Of a stretch of DNA of 64,000 nt, positions 63,348 through 64,000 are shown piece after piece. The position numbers were made by a program, and so were the translations under genes. Positions within the stretch are counted from its first letter, which is position 1, and each line of letters opens with the position of its first letter. The notes beneath the pieces are model-generated. The model did not search any database and was not told the DNA's origin. It saw only the letters and a program-made list of their open reading frames with translations. The DNA comes from Escherichia coli (GTDB taxonomy: Bacteria; Pseudomonadota; Gammaproteobacteria; Enterobacterales; Enterobacteriaceae), in NCBI RefSeq assembly GCF_003790525.1, contig NZ_CP033635.1; one strand, 5' to 3'.

Positions 63348-63375
63348 ATTATACGAGAAATCTTTCCCTCTGCAA
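63348..63375 (-). promoter_or_regulatory. Candidate sigma-70 promoter of the tRNA-Gly cluster
   Basis: On the minus strand: TTGCAG, 16 bp, TATAAT, then the GC-rich discriminator GCGCCTCC; AT-rich UP-like tract further upstream. Confidence 0.45.
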
Positions 63376-63500
63376 CCCCCCTAAAAAATTTTTTTTGAGT
63401 TTTTATCTCAAGTGCTGAAATTATCGGCAAGACGTTCAATTTAGCGTCAAAATCACGCCACCGCAAGTGGATTACGGCGCTTACGTGACCAGGAAAAAAT

Positions 63501-64000
63501 TTACAGCTTGATAAAATGCTCGCGGTAGTAAGCCAGCTCCGCCACCGATTCACGGATATCATCCATCGCCTGATGCGTCCCCTGCTTGGTAAAACCATCA
63601 AGAATTTCCGGCTTCCAGCGGCGCGCCAGCTCTTTCAGGGTGCTGACATCGAGATAACGGTAGTGGAAGTAGGCTTCCAGCTCCGGCATGTATTTAAACA
63701 GGAAGCGACGGTCCTGACCGATGCTGTTACCACAAATCGGCGATTTTCCCGCAGGCACCCACTGTTTTAAGAATTCGAGCGTTGCCAGTTCAGCTTCACG
63801 ATCGCCCATCGTGCTCGCTTTCACGCGCTCCACCAGCCCGCTGGCGGTATGGGTGCGCACGTTCCAGTCATCCATCAGCGCCAGCTGTTCATCGGACTGA
63901 TGTACTGCAATGGTCGGCCCTTCTGCCAGAATATTCAGGTTGGCATCGGTCACCAGCGTGGCAATCTCAATAATGCGATCGCGCTCGGGATCCAGACCGG
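63501..64000 (-). CDS. orn: Oligoribonuclease Orn, C-terminal part (5' end runs off the window)
   Basis: Minus-strand ORF ...[41 protein letters not shown]... ending ...YYREHFIKL; the N-terminus lies beyond position 64000. Confidence 0.92.

Overview
This window reads as an Escherichia coli-type chromosomal segment, collinear (in inverted orientation) with the K-12 region tamB-tamA-msrA-ytfL ... cycA-fklB-ytfB ... rplI-rpsR-priB-rpsF, the ula (L-ascorbate) regulon, aidB, yjfC-I, rlmB-rnr-nsrR-purA, hflCKX-hfq-miaA-mutL-amiB-tsaE-nnr, queG, three tRNA-Gly(GCC) genes and orn. All calls rest on reading the supplied six-frame translations and recognising the proteins from memory; no database search or computation was run. 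I annotate about 75 CDS, 3 tRNA genes, several REP/BIME repeats, hairpin terminators and a few operator-like palindromes. I see no CRISPR array, no rRNA, and no transposase, integrase or phage genes. Two segments stand out as content I do not recognise from K-12. The first (about 13.05-15.9 kb) lies between ytfE and cycA and encodes two paralogous, signal-peptide-bearing repeat proteins with DKNYY-like motifs. The second (about 19.1-28.9 kb) lies between ytfB and rplI: an intact TetR-family regulator divergent from an 8-gene operon (SDR dehydrogenase, TIM-barrel isomerase/epimerase-like, enoyl-CoA hydratase, family-I CoA-transferase, large FAD flavoprotein, TRAP transporter DctQ-DctM-DctP). 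These two loci are the best candidates for an undescribed system; their functions are inferred, not demonstrated.
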